The notes below the pieces were generated by a model. That model saw nothing but the letters and a program-made list of their open reading frames with translations, did no database searches and was not told the origin of the DNA. Of a stretch of 64,000 bases of DNA, positions 1 to 12,742 are shown piece by piece; within the stretch, counting starts at the first letter, position 1, and each line of letters starts with the position of its first letter. Origin of the DNA: Vicugna vicugna. Taxonomy: Eukaryota. The position numbers were made by a program, and so were the translations under genes. The stretch spans positions 3,849,895-3,913,894 of the forward strand of contig MU058844.1 in assembly GCA_013265495.1 (NCBI GenBank), in the 5' to 3' direction.

Positions 1-635
1 ACAAGTGCAAATAGTCATGCTCCTATTCTTTTGAGATATGCCTTTCTCTCTAGACTACAGATTACTTGAGCTACCAGGCTTCAAGGAAATGGTGGGCATC
101 TCTTTTTTGCAAAGGCGTTTTATCCAACTGTCTAGTGGTCACCTTAAACCAATCTGAGTTTTTTAAAAAAGATTATGAATGCCCTTTATTTGGGAATGTA
201 TTTTCATCTGAATTTTTAATGCCTTTGCTCAAAGCATTTCCAATTTTCTTTGACTAATTGGAAACATTTCTGTTTTCTGGCTCTGCAACCCCAATAATTC
301 CTGTTTGCACTCATTTCCTTTTCTTCCCTGCTTGCAAAGCAGCCCAACCTTTGCTGACTTTGCCTGACAATTCTGGGGAAGAAAATAACCAAGTGACACG
401 AGTAACATTCTGTTTTAAAACCTCTTCCCCCAAAGCTAGTTCTTCATTAGGTATATTATCTGCTTTCTAAATTGTTGCAGGTGACATTTTACTTAAATAT
501 TTTGCTGCTGCATACTGTGGGTCACCAATTTTCCAGCTTTTAATAACAATTTATTTATAACCTGTCTCTTGGACCCAAGGTCAATACACAGATTTTCAGC
601 TTCTTGTTATAAGAGCACCTCACTTTAAGATACCA

Positions 636-960
636 GTATCTGTTTTAGTCAACTTTACTATGATAACAAGTGAGTGCAAAGTCTTAGTGCCTGTAACAAA
701 AAAATTAACTTATTGTTCATGTTACACAGAATCTCAGGTCAGCTGCTGTTCAGCTGGATGCTTTAAATAGGCTGGGCTCTGCTCTGCTGTCCTTTCACTC
801 TGTGACTGAAAGTTTAGCTTCTGTGCCAGCCATTCACAATGCCTCTTAATGCTTCCACTCAGACTGGGAAGTAAAGGAACTGGCATACTGTCCTTTCTGC
901 TCACATTCTATTTTCCAGAGCAAATTACAAAGCTTAGACTACAATCAGAGGGCAAAGAAA
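636..960 (-). mobile_element. Old MaLR (MLT1-type) solo LTR remnant
   Basis: Opens 'tctgttttagtcaactttactatgataacaa...tcttagtgcctgtaacaa' and contains 'ctgctcacattctattttccagagcaaattaca', both MLT1-like motifs. Subfamily uncertain. Confidence 0.55.
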
Positions 961-999
961 TACAGAAATACAAAGAAATATAGAGAAGGACCACATGAA

Positions 1000-3990
1000 T
1001 GATGCAAATATTAATGAAATTTATATTCATGATCCTATCTCAAATGATTTGAAAGAGAGCACAGAATAAAGTATCCCCATAAAAATGGAAAGAAACAGAA
1101 AAAAAAAGAAAAAAATTAACAGAAAACATCAAAAAATTATTCACTAAACCAAATCCTTAAAAAGAGAAAAAACTAAACTAAAAAACTCAGAAACCTCTGG
1201 CAAGGTTGATCAAACAAAATAAAAGAGGCCAAAACATGAAAAGAGGGCTATAACCAGAGATACAGCAAAGATGACAAATAAGAGAATTAGATGAACAATT
1301 TGATCAGAGAAGATAGACGTTTAAGACAAATTTGTAGAACTCTTTGGCTAACACAACCATTTGTACAGAATGTAAATACCTAAAAGACACCATAAGGAAA
1401 TTGAAGCAGTAATTTAAAATCTACCCTAAGTTAAAACACCAGATTCAGATAGTCTTATGGGCAAGTTTTATCAAACAATGAAGGAACAAATGCTTTGATC
1501 TTACACTAAATATTGTAGAGAATACAAAATAAAAAAAAAGAGAAAACATCTTCCCTTAAATAATTCTAGAAGGCTAAGTTAACATTGGATAGCAAAACCT
1601 GACATGTACAGAAACAGAAAGAAAATTTATAGAGCCATCTTAATCATGAACATAAATTTTAAAATTCTATATATAATATTAGCAAAAAATATTAGGACTA
1701 TATTAAAAGCTTAATATATCTTGAACAATTTGGACTTATTCCAGCAATGCAAGTCTTGTTTAACATTTGAACGTCAGTTATTGTAATTTTTAATATAAAA
1801 AGTTTAAATGATTGGGATTAACATATACAATAATAAAATATATAACTTAATCACTTTGTATACTTGAAACTAACACAATATTGTAAATCAATTATACTTC
1901 AAGTCTAAAAAGCTTAAATGAAAAAAATTAGGTTATTATCTCAATAGAATCATAAAAATCTTTTGATAAAACTCAGTATCGGTTGATATAAACACCTAGT
2001 AAGTTAGGAACAAAAAAGAACTCTTTAACTAATAAGCAGGATCCAGACAAATACTCAGAAAATATTTCAAAAATGGACTATTTAAAATCTTTCCTTTCAG
2101 ATCATAAAAGATAAGGCTGCATTCTAGCATCACTTTTATTCAATTTTGTGCCTAAGGCAATAAGACAAGAAAAAGAAGTGAGAGATATAAAGACTGCAAA
2201 GAAAGAAAGAAATATCGTTTGCAACAGAAAGTTTGGTGATGATTATAGATACAAAGTGAAATATAAAAATCACTTCTAGGCACAGGCAACAAGGAAGAAG
2301 AAAATGTAATAATAATAGTAATATGCCAGTTATAATATCCCCAAGAAATATTAAATACCTGGGAGTAGGTGTAACATAAGATGTGTCAGACCATAATACA
2401 AAAAAGAAATTCAATTTTATTGAAAGATATTAAAGAAACTTGCATAAAGTGGTATATCACTTCTGTGAATTCAAAACCTCAATACTATAAATACATGAAT
2501 TTCAAAATCCCAATAGGTATTTTTGTGAAACTTGGCAAGTTAATTTTAAATTTTAAATTGAAAAGAAAAACCTGAAAGTAGGCAGAACTCTCCTGAAAAA
2601 AAAGATCAGTGACTGAATTTCCATTATCAGATATAAAGACTGATAACTCCTTAATAATTAAAATGGTGTGATATTAGTGTAAAAAAAGACAAATGGACCA
2701 TTGGAACAGAAAAAGGTGTCCAGAAACATACTTTTGATAGTATGGAAAACTGATTTATAACAGGGATAGTATTGAGATCTGGGGAGAAAGATTTTTTTTT
2801 TAATTAAGTAGAGCGGGACAATTGGTTTTTCATATAGAAAAAAAGAAATCATATTCCTTACCCCACAGCTTACAAAAAATCATTTCCTCCCAAATAAGAA
2901 TTAAGTGATTAGGTGAATTCACTTAATCCTACGTGAATTAAGAATTTAAATGTAAAAGTCAAAATAATAAAACATTGAGAAGATCATATAACGTACTCTG
3001 TCTTAAAAATATGTATTAAATGACATTAAAATTATCCCTACTAAATGGTTCACAAAGTTGACTTTATTATAGTTAGAAATTATGCTCATTAAAATATACC
3101 ATAAGGGAAATGACACACCACAGATTTGAAAATATAGTTGCAATACATAAAATGCAAAGTAGATGGACACAAAACATATAACGAACTCCTACAAAACCTC
3201 CATCCTAAAAAACAATCCAAAAAGGAAGAAAAGACTTTACAGAAGAGGAATCATTAATGACCATTAATTTAAGAAATATTGCTCAGCCTTGTTAGCAATT
3301 AGGGAAATGCAAATTAAATCTATAATGAGATATCATTTCATGTCCACTAACTAGTTTGACTTCAAGTGCTGGTGATGCTGTGGTACAACCAGAACACTTA
3401 AGCACTGATAATGTGAATTTTAATGGGTACAACAACTTTGGAAAAAACTGAATACATTCTAATAGGATGAAAATGTGCATAACCTATGACATAGCAATTT
3501 CACACTTTGCTATATATTCTAGAAAATTCTTGCCCATATTCACTAGGAGATATTGTTTATAAATACCAACCAACCAACAAACAAACCTCACACATCTAGA
3601 AACTAAATGTCCATTATTAGTAGAACTGATAAATCCTGATCTCTTTATGTAACAAAATACTATGTCTGAGAAAAATTTAAAAAACAGTTACACCCAATAA
3701 TTTGGATGAATTCAGGAACATGATGTTCAGTAAAAAAATAAGTTTAAAAATGAAAACACATGTGGTAAAACTATAAAGAAAACCAAGGGAGTTATAAAAA
3801 CAAAATGCAACATCATGCTCCCCTGAACAACAGGAGAACTGGGTAAGATGAAAGGCACCTGTGACACAATGACGGTTAAGGTAAGATAAAGTTCTTTGTT
3901 AAACCGGGTGGTGAGTAAATGGAAGCTGTCGTACACTTTTTTATAATTATGTATATATAAATATTTCATACTTACTTAATATTCCATCAT
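1000..3990 (+). mobile_element. Ancient L1 (L1M class) ORF2 and 3'UTR remnant, heavily decayed
   Basis: A-rich + strand with collinear L1 ORF2 landmarks: 'aaacctctggcaaggttgat', 'gaaattgaagcagtaatttaaaatctacc', 'atctcaatagaatcataaaaatcttttgataaaactca', 'attagggaaatgcaaattaaa...gagatatcattt', 'aactttggaaaaa'. Confidence 0.9.
1812..1905 (+). mobile_element. ~94 bp younger L1 3'-end fragment inserted in the old L1
   Basis: Artiodactyl-type L1 tail 'tgaaactaacacaatattgtaaatcaattatacttcaa'. Flanked by 16 bp direct repeats taaaaagtttaaatga (1796-1811) and taaaaagcttaaatga (1906-1921). Confidence 0.8.
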
Positions 3991-4419
3991 AAAACAACAA
4001 TGAAGAACGCAAGACACAGGAGCAGTAGTCGTACCTCTGGGATCACCGATATGTATGACCTGATGGGATGCTAGGCATCTCTTTCAGGGCAGTGAAGACC
4101 CAGAGTACAACGTGCGGACAAGAGTTCTGCCCTGACACTGTGAACCTAATAGGCTTCACTTTCTATAGATGCCTTCTGGGAGAAGATAGTGGCAAGGAAG
4201 ACCTCTTCCTTTTAAAAAGGCAGAGATAGCCCTAATACAGAATTTGAGCTTGGAATCGAGAAAACACTTTCCACAAAGAGAACCGTTTTAATCTGAAAGG
4301 CGTTGAATTTTCTTTGGACAAATTCCTCCTCTCCCACCATCATCAACGAGAATAGGGACTCCAGAGGTACCTAATATAAAACTATACTAAGTCATTGAGT
4401 ACATGCCATTCCAATTTCA

Positions 4420-4890
4420 TAAGAAGTACCACAGGGGTAAACTCCAGGTGAAATTGCAGCACAGTAGGAAACTGTCCCCAGTCCAGACTTGGGAAAGAGG
4501 TGGTCAGGGCAGGCTTCCTGAAGGAGTTAACAAAGTGAGACCTAAGAGATGAGAATGAACACATAGAAGGCTCACCCTCTTGTCAACATCCACTGATCCT
4601 GGGAATAATTGCTAGATACCCACGGTGTCCTACCTCTCTCTGAATGGAAGTGGAAATCCTCCACTAGAGGCATATGCTGGCCCATGAGAGCTGAGCACCT
4701 CGTCTCTGGTTCCACACAGCCCTGTGAGCTTCTTACCCTCACGACTCTTATCATTATGTATTACAACATGTTCCTTATGTGTCTTCCCTTCTAGGTTGAG
4801 AACTCCCTGAGGACCTCTATCACTTTATCCATGAAACCCAACATAGAGTTTGGTACAAAGATGTGTTAACAAATGTTAAATGAATGTTGA
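4420..4890. mobile_element. L2 fragments (two pieces, apparently opposite orientation)
   Basis: 'ggtggtcagggcaggcttcctgaaggag' is an L2 motif. The second piece ends in an L2 3' tail 'gtttggtacaaagatgtgttaacaaatgttaaatgaatg'. Confidence 0.6.
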
Positions 4891-7770
4891 AAGAATTGAG
4901 GGGAGAAAAAAAAAACAGGCTAGAATGGTCTGGGGGAAAAGATGCATTTTGGTGAATTGAACATATCCCAAAGGAGAGAAATCTATGAATGTGCAAGAAA
5001 CAAGTTCAGAAGCAAATTGGACAGAAGATACATTCTAATTCCAACAAAGTCCTTTCAGGCTCCATTGACCTCTTGCTATTTAATCCATCAAAGAGTGATG
5101 CCAGCCTTTAGTAAATTGCTTCAAAATGTTATTGGTTTACAGGTTCTGGGAATCAAGACAAGCTTATCCAAAATATAACCCATATTAGACTGAAGTTTGA
5201 TTATGAGATCTGATTCTTCAGAGGTGATCCAAAAAGGTGATGAATTTTCTGTATAGTATACCATATTTAATTGTATTAAATTGTACTGCTAAATTGATGA
5301 TTCTGATAACTGAATTAGAGTCACAGCTACTACATTAAGTAGTTTCTATCATTCCAGGTCACATAACCCTGACAACTGAAAAGTCAAACAGAATAAAATT
5401 TTGCCTTACATTCTAGGTTCGCAAAGAGTGATATAAAATAACTCCAGGGATTTGGGACAGGTACTATAAAGACAGCTTATTATTGGGCTCTAGCTTTGAA
5501 TGGACCTTGGGTTTTCCTTTTAAGTAGAAGTCTGTATTATAGGACAAAGAGCTTTATCTCTTGTGACGGGAAAGCTAAGAATAACTGCTCTTTATGAGTC
5601 ATGCAAACACATTCCAAAAAGGGCTTTCTTCTATTAAACATCTGTAACAGTGTTTCCTGTCCTTTCCCACCACCTCAGCCCAGGTAGAGCTGACAGGCAA
5701 AGGATAATGGGCAGCGGTTATTTTTATTCTATTGAATTTCATAAAGGAACAAAAAATAATTCACGAGAACAAATAATATTTCAGTTCTCTGTCTTCAGAG
5801 ACAAAATGTGGCCAGGAGTGACCTTTGGGGAAAGAAACTGTAGGATTCTTTTTTCAGCTTGTAGTTGGTGCCAATTTCTCACCAGTGGAGATAATTCTTG
5901 TTCTCTGGTTGAGTCCTTATTTCAGCATCTTTTGTGGGGATCACCACTTGATGTTTGGTGAAGATGTTTTGCCCTAGGTGGTGTTCAGTCTTACCCCCAT
6001 GACATTCTTTTCTTCATAAATGAATCTAACTTGTATTATCTTAGAAAGTTGACATTTAGGGCTCAGCATACAATGTAGAGACATTTTTAATATATTTAAA
6101 AATCAGAAAGGAGCTTTATTTCTTTTAAACAAAATCTTAGATTTACTCATTAAAAATTGACCAGAGAGACTACTTCTCAACTTTCTCTTGACTTGGAGAG
6201 ATTGAGCAGAAAGGTAATAATTTTTTGATGATGTTTTTGGCCATAGAATTATCCTGCCCTTCAAAAAGGGAGAGAGAAGAGGTTGGCTATAGTGGAGTCA
6301 AAATTACTCACGTAATTAAAAAACTGTGGAGGGGTAGGGAAGGGATATCTGATTTCACACTTCCTACAAGCCATTGTCGTTGCTCATGTTTGACTTTACA
6401 CACTGCATACCCAGTGGATACAACACTGGGTGGCTATGCTGTTCAGATTTGCCGTCTCCTACCTCCCTGCTAAAATCTGGAAAGTGAAAAGGAGAGAGCT
6501 AGCACCTATGTATGTAGATCATACACTTAAAACATACATTAAAAGGAATCAGCCTCTAGGCTTTTTCACTAATTCTAGAAAAATCGTAGAAAAAGGAGAT
6601 TTTCTCACTGCAATGTCTTCTCCATGAAATGGCAATTGTGCAGTGTTCTAAGAGTACCCTCAGAATAGACAGTCAATAATATCTGTTGAATGAATGAGAA
6701 ACAAACACTGACGCATTTTCAAGCTATACGTCTATGTTCCCTCATGTCATAACCTCAGTGTGAAACAAATACAAACCCGCCTGGCTGGAATATTCTAGTT
6801 TCTTATACCAATGCAGCAACACAGCAAATTTCAGGCATCTATTGTATCACATAAGTAACAACTGCTTAATGAATCCTCAAATTAGAGATTTATTTTAACA
6901 TCACAGCACGGTGGAGCTAATGGAGGACAAAATTTACAAAAATAATTAAACTGGTGCCAGTTTTTACAAGAAAGAGGAGGGGCCCTGACTAGCAAAGACT
7001 TGAAGGACCAGCAGCTGCAGATGCCACTTTGAAAAGACAGCAATCTTTCTCACCCTTGAGGAGGCAGCTTATTGTCTGACAGTTGCCCTTTTTTGAATGA
7101 AAACCTTCTTAGGCCTGGAAAGTGTGCCAAACATGGGAAGGACCCTTCTGGTTATACCGGCTACTGTGATTTTCTAACTGGTTCCAGTTTTCTTTGTTGT
7201 GTTCCTGTGCTGCAAAGCAACAGAAGGAATGGGACCATGCCTGCAAGGCTTTTAAATTTTTTTCTCTGAATTTATTTCTGTGGCCATCTGCATCAAAGTA
7301 ACTTTTTTCTTTTTTAATTTTACACTCACTTCTCATGTCTTCAATTCACATAAACAATTTACAAGAACTGTTGAATGTCTCTTGTTTTTCACCTCTCCCT
7401 AGCTGCCCTAGACTTCTCAACTAAATACACCTTCCTTTTGAATCCTGTGTTCTTTTTACTTATTCGTGTGCTGCCTCATTTTTTCCTCATCTTTATGTCC
7501 AGCAGAGGGAATAGGAGTAATTTTTGCAAATTATAGAATCATTAAATTATTTTTAGGCACAGTTAAGCTAGATAATTTTCAGAATTATAAAAGTTGGTTG
7601 AAAATTGAATTTTTTTAAATTCCTTTCACCCCACGGGTTCCCATTATAAACTTGGGAAAATGTTGCTTTTGGAGAAAATAATCAGTTCTAAAAGATAATT
7701 TTTAAAGGTCACAAAATAAGTAATTTAAAAACCAGAGGTGTGCAATTTTCCATTGTCAGGGTGGGTATTA

Positions 7771-8061
7771 CATTTGGCCCTCTACATCTGTGGGTTCTGA
7801 AAATATTCAGAAAAAAAAACTTCAGAACGTTCCCCAAAGCAAAACTTGAATTGGCTGTGTTCCAGCAACTATTTACATACTGTTCACATTGTATTGGGTA
7901 TTGTAGATAATCTAGAGATGATTTCAAGTATACATAGGTTATATGCAAATATTATACAATTTTATGTAAGACACTTGAGCATCTTGGATTTTGGTATCCG
8001 AAAGTTTTGGGAAGGGAGGAGGTCATAGAACCAATTGCCTCTGGATAGCAAGGGAGGACTA
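7771..8061. mobile_element. MER2-type TcMar-Tigger non-autonomous DNA transposon
   Basis: TA-flanked degenerate TIRs ('catttggccctctacatc' ... 'gatagcaagggaggacta') and MER2 core 'ataatctagagatgatttcaagtatacatagg...ggattttggtatcc'. Confidence 0.85.
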
Positions 8062-8489
8062 TACTCTGGAAATTTTTACTGACATATTAATCTAGTCTGC
8101 TACTTTAAGTACTTTGCTAAACCAACTACTTGTTTCCTTCTTTAGTAACTGGAAGAGATGGAATTCAAATGCAAACACTTTTCTAGACCCCAGGGAGGTT
8201 ACGAATTTATGAAGGATTATTTTTCCCTCCTGGCTTTTGTGACCATTACCATTTTAGGCTGGCCATTACATTAATCTGTGCAGTCCTGCAGTACATGCCT
8301 TGCCTAAAGGGTAAGCTAGATAATGAGGTCTGGGTGCAGAATATACCCCTCTATCACCTTCATCAAATTATTTTCACCTCTGTGCAACAGCTATTTATTG
8401 AACATTGACTGAATTCTTCTAAGGCCCTAGATTAATATGTGAAAGGGTCCTTATCTTCAACAGCTGTCCATGCTAAACCACGATAAGCA

Positions 8490-9190
8490 CTTACATTGGT
8501 TTCATTCACAAGTAATAGAAAAATGCAAAGTAGCTTACACTGGAAATAAATGTTCTGATAAATGAATTAAAAACACAAGGGCAGGGCTGGCATCAATCAT
8601 GGCTGGTTATGGATTTAGGGGCTCAAACAGTGTCAGGTTTGTTGGATTAGCTCTGCTCCCCTCTACGGGTTAACTTCCTTCCCAACTGATACGACGGTAA
8701 GATAGGTCCAGAAACTCTCCATATCACATCCTCTTGGGTGGGAAAGAGACAATATCTCTTATTAATAATTCCTACAAAAATCTGGGAACTCCTTCCAATG
8801 GAAACAACTTCACAAAGTCCCTTTTGTACACTGAACAAGGAGACCAAAGTAGTGGGATTATGTTGACTGGAGAGGCTGGGTCACATGACCTAGGAAGGGG
8901 ATTCAGTGCTCTGATTTGGTCAGACCTGGGTCATATGCCCAGAATGAGGGCTGAGTGATCTGATTAGCCAGGCCTAAAACACTTGCCCAGAAAGTGAATT
9001 CAGTATTGGTTAACCAGGCCTGGTTAACATTCTTAGGAAGGAAATTTGGTGCTTGGATTGGCCAGACCTGAGTTACATGTTTCACCTCTGAAGTCAAAGG
9101 TAGAGACCAACCTCCAAAACTGAGCATGGAGGAAAGTTAACCCCCAAAGGAAATTCATGGTACTTATCAGAAGAGAGAAGGATGAATAAA
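8490..9190 (-). mobile_element. MLT1K/L-like MaLR solo LTR
   Basis: Several copies of the internal unit 'tgattggccaggcctgggtcacatg' (around 8860-9080) and end motif 'ccccaaaggaaattcatggtact...cagaagag'. Confidence 0.75.
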
Positions 9191-9234
9191 ATATACACTT
9201 ACAGTATTATACTGGGTATTTAAAAGGCATGTTT

Positions 9235-9465
9235 GACTACTTGCTATGTTCTGGACCTAGTGATAAGCACTTAAATGCTTTACCTCATTTAATTTGTTTC
9301 TCTCATAAACTATGAGGTGGTTACAACTACTATCTACATTTTATATTTAAGGTCAAAGTTTCAGAAATTGAGTAGTCTGCTTTAGGTCACACAGTTACAA
9401 GGAGGTGGAGCCAGGATTTGAGCTGTAATGTCTGATTTTGGAACCTGCTCTCTGAAGTAGTATGA
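9235..9465 (-). mobile_element. MIR SINE
   Basis: MIR core in reverse: 'cctcatttaat...aactatgaggtgg...aggtcacacagttacaaggaggtggagccaggatttga'. Confidence 0.8.
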
Positions 9466-10654
9466 TATGCCATTGCTCAAAATGACCATAACAACCACCA
9501 CAAAAGCTAATTCTCGCTAGGTACTTACTATGCAAAGGGTTTTATGTGGATGATGAGCAAAGTGCATAATCCATGTAGAGCATAGCAGTTTAGCTCTCTA
9601 GAAAGGCTTTACACAGATACAGAAGTAAACACAAGAGCTGAGACTCCTCTTGGAGTGAAGTAAGGCTAGAAACATAGTTTGCGGTGGTGGTGCAGTGCTT
9701 GGCCTTGGGAAGCTATTTTCAGTAGCAGAAGGATATAAGCCTCTTTGTAGGCTGAAAAGAGGCCAGGAGAGGTAGCAATTGATAATGCAAAGGAAAATAG
9801 GGGAGTTATGCAACAATCTCAGAAGTGGGAGGGAATGGGACTCAGAGCTTTGATGGAGGTTTCAGCCTTGGATAAGAGGGACACCTTTTCCTCAAAGATA
9901 GAAGGAAAGAAAGGAAGAATGGGACAGGGAATTGATAGCTTCTTTGTAAAAGAAAATACATCTCTTTACATTTGTGTTAAGGCTGTCCAACACTTTATGT
10001 GGAATAGATGAAATTACACGTTTAATTCTGCTTTTATTCCATCTTCCTCAACATCAAGACGCTTTTGACACCAAATCATCAGATTTTTACACACTTCAAA
10101 GCATTTAGCATTTTAAAGACATTTATTATGTTCCATTATGGAATTCCTGTCTAATTTGGTTGCTTGATTATTTATCAGCTTTGATTAGGTATGTTAAAGG
10201 TGGTTTCTCTTTGACATTCTGATATTTTTATATTATATTATTTTATTTTATTGTGAATGTCCACAAGGACCAGTTTCACAATTTCTCACAGCATAATGTA
10301 TAACTTGTTATTCACAGAACTTATATACATAAATTAACATAAAATGGGCAAACAGTATGTTTCCAAGAAAGAGATAGACTAAGTTAACTAATTTGATACA
10401 GCTTGCGATGTAGAAAAATTGGCAGCTGGAAGTAACAACCCATTACTTTATAATTAATTGACTTAGATTTCTAAAAAATTAATTAGTTAAGAAGTACAGC
10501 TGGGCACAAGAAGGCTTTGGTACTCCCATCAGAAATCAAGGTCAAACAAGTGATTATGGCTATTCCACCTTTCAACTGCCTGCTCAGCAGTAATTCAACC
10601 AGTTATTGCTAAAAAGCTCCCTAACCATTGGTCTGTGGATATTTTGAAAAAATA

Positions 10655-11207
10655 CATATCACATTGCTTACCATACGCCAGGCCCTATGATGAGCCACTT
10701 ATATACTTTATTTTTCCTCACAGGATCTCTATGAATTAAGTGTCCAAAGAGGTGGCATCGTATAATGATGAAAGGCAAGATTCAAAAACCTGACCTCCTA
10801 CATTTAGACTCCAGCCTTGCTATTAATTGCTGTGTGACTTTGGACAAATTACTGAACCTCTCTGTCTCTCAGTTTCCTTGTCTATAAGATGGTGATAATA
10901 GTATCTTCCTTATAAGCGAATATAGATTAAATTAGTTAAATACAAAATGTTTAAAATAAAATAAGACTGTAACATAGTTATAATTACTTTTTCTCATCAC
11001 CCCCTGCCAATAATAACATTTTTGAGCACTCACCCCCTTCTAAATATTTTACATATGTTAACTAACTTAATCCTCCCAAGAATCCCATGAGGTACACATG
11101 ACATAAATCAAATAAATTCCCATTTTACAGATAAGGGAACCGAAGCACAGTAAAGATTGATAACTTGCCTAACATCACTAATTACTAGTAGAAGAACAAC
11201 CAGGATG
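10655..11207. mobile_element. Cluster of three MIR copies (- partial, +, -)
   Basis: 'tgtgtgactttggacaaattactgaacctctctgtctctcagtttccttgtctataagatgg' (+, ~10750-10960) and 'cccattttacagataagggaaccgaagcacag' (-, ~11010-11207). Confidence 0.8.
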
Positions 11208-11209
11208 TA

Positions 11210-11521
11210 TAGGCATACTTTAGAGATATTGCAGGTTCAGTTCCAGACCACAGTGATAAAGTGAGTATTGCAATAAAATGAGGCACACAAATCTTTTGGT
11301 TTCCCGTTGCATATAAAAGTTATGTTACAGTATACTTTAGATTGTTAAGTGTGTAATAGCATGTCTCCAAAAAACAATGTACATGCCTTAAATTATAACC
11401 CTGTTGGAAAAAATGGTGCGAATAGACTTGATCAACACAGGGTTGCCACAAATCAATGTATAAAGAAAGTAGTATCTGCAAAGCACAATAAAGTGAAGCA
11501 CAATAAAATGAGGTATGCCTG
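11210..11521 (+). mobile_element. Internally deleted Tigger1 (Tigger1a-type MITE) inserted in a MIR
   Basis: Tigger1 left end 'aggcatactttagagatattgcaggttcagttccagacc' and right end 'gcacaataaaatgaggtatgcctg' only ~310 bp apart. TA on the left. The MIR resumes at 11522. Confidence 0.9.
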
Positions 11522-11563
11522 TCCTTTCAGAAAGACTAGCTTCAAAGCTTGTGCTTTTAACTA

Positions 11564-11746
11564 CAGTTAAATCCAGTTAATCCACATCCACGGATTCAAC
11601 CAATCACTGATGGAATTTCTGCAGAACCCATGGATAAGGAGAGCAGACTGTACTAGGCCATTTTTATAGAAGACTGGACCATGTGTGCATTTTGGTATCC
11701 ACTGGGGTTCTGGAACTAATCCCCCATGGACACGGAGGGACGACTG
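11564..11746. mobile_element. MER2/Tigger2-related MITE
   Basis: TA-flanked 'cagtt...' to 'ggttctggaactaatcccccatggacacggagggacgactg', with an internal TIR-like copy 'cccatggataaggagagcagactgta'. Confidence 0.8.
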
Positions 11747-11899
11747 TACTCTACCATGGCTGTCACATTCTTTCAGCATTGTCTTTACTCCAGACACACA
11801 AAGGGAAAGGCACTCCCCAGAAGGAGTAGGGGCTCTTTTATGACTTTATCACATGAGCCCTTGGCTCTGCTTCCCTTGCCCATGTGTTGCACACCTATT

Positions 11900-12570
11900 C
11901 AGCCTCACACATTCAACAGTGACAAAATCACCTCATCTGAGAAGCCTTCCTTAATGTTCACATAATGGAGTTTTGTATGTCTTTTGGCACCACAGAATCC
12001 TATGCTTACACCATTTATAACATTCTTATGTCAATCTGTTAGTCAAATAGTCAATAAACATTTATGAATTCATCAGTGACTTACTGTTGACGTTTCCTTC
12101 CTCAAGGAGCTTACGTCCTAGTGGAGGGTGATAGATTTTGAATCTGTGGGAAAACAAAAAGTTAAGATCATTTCAGATCTTGAAAATAGACTTTTGGGGA
12201 AGATAACAATGGTTGAGTATAGAGAGAGACTGGGTGTGCTGTTTCAACAAGGTGGTTGGAGATGAGATGCGAATAATAGGAAGTAGCCAGGCATGTAGAG
12301 ATAAGTGTGGAGAGCATTTCAAACAGGAGGACCAATAAGTCAAAAGCCCCTTCATGGGATCCAGTTTGCCCCATGTGAAGGACAAAAAGAAATAATTAAA
12401 CTAAGAATAACTAAGAATAATGTTAATGTATATATTCCATTATTTATTTACATGTTTGTCTTCCTACCTAAACTGTGAATTCTTTAGGATTAGACCTATG
12501 TCCCATTCATCTTTGAAGCCCTAATGTTTAGCATATTTCCTGAACAATGGCATTTTTTGCTGAATAAATA
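11900..12570. mobile_element. L2 fragments
   Basis: 'cctcaaggagcttacgtcctagtggagg', 'agcatttcaaacagggaggaccaataagtcaaaagccc' and an L2 3' tail ending 'tttgctgaataaat'. Confidence 0.6.
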
Positions 12571-12705
12571 GTTGACACAAGTGAACTGTTAAGACATTTT
12601 GCTTCACTTTTCTTTTCTCTTCCTCTTACCTTTTCCATACATGTTACTCTTCTGAAATGATTTCCAAGATTCTTTTTTTTCTTTAGTACCCTCTCCACAT
12701 GTCTG

Positions 12706-12711
12706 GTTTTG

Positions 12712-12742
<31 letters not shown>
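12706..12742. repeat. (GTTTT)n microsatellite
   Basis: About 7 units read directly. Confidence 0.95.
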
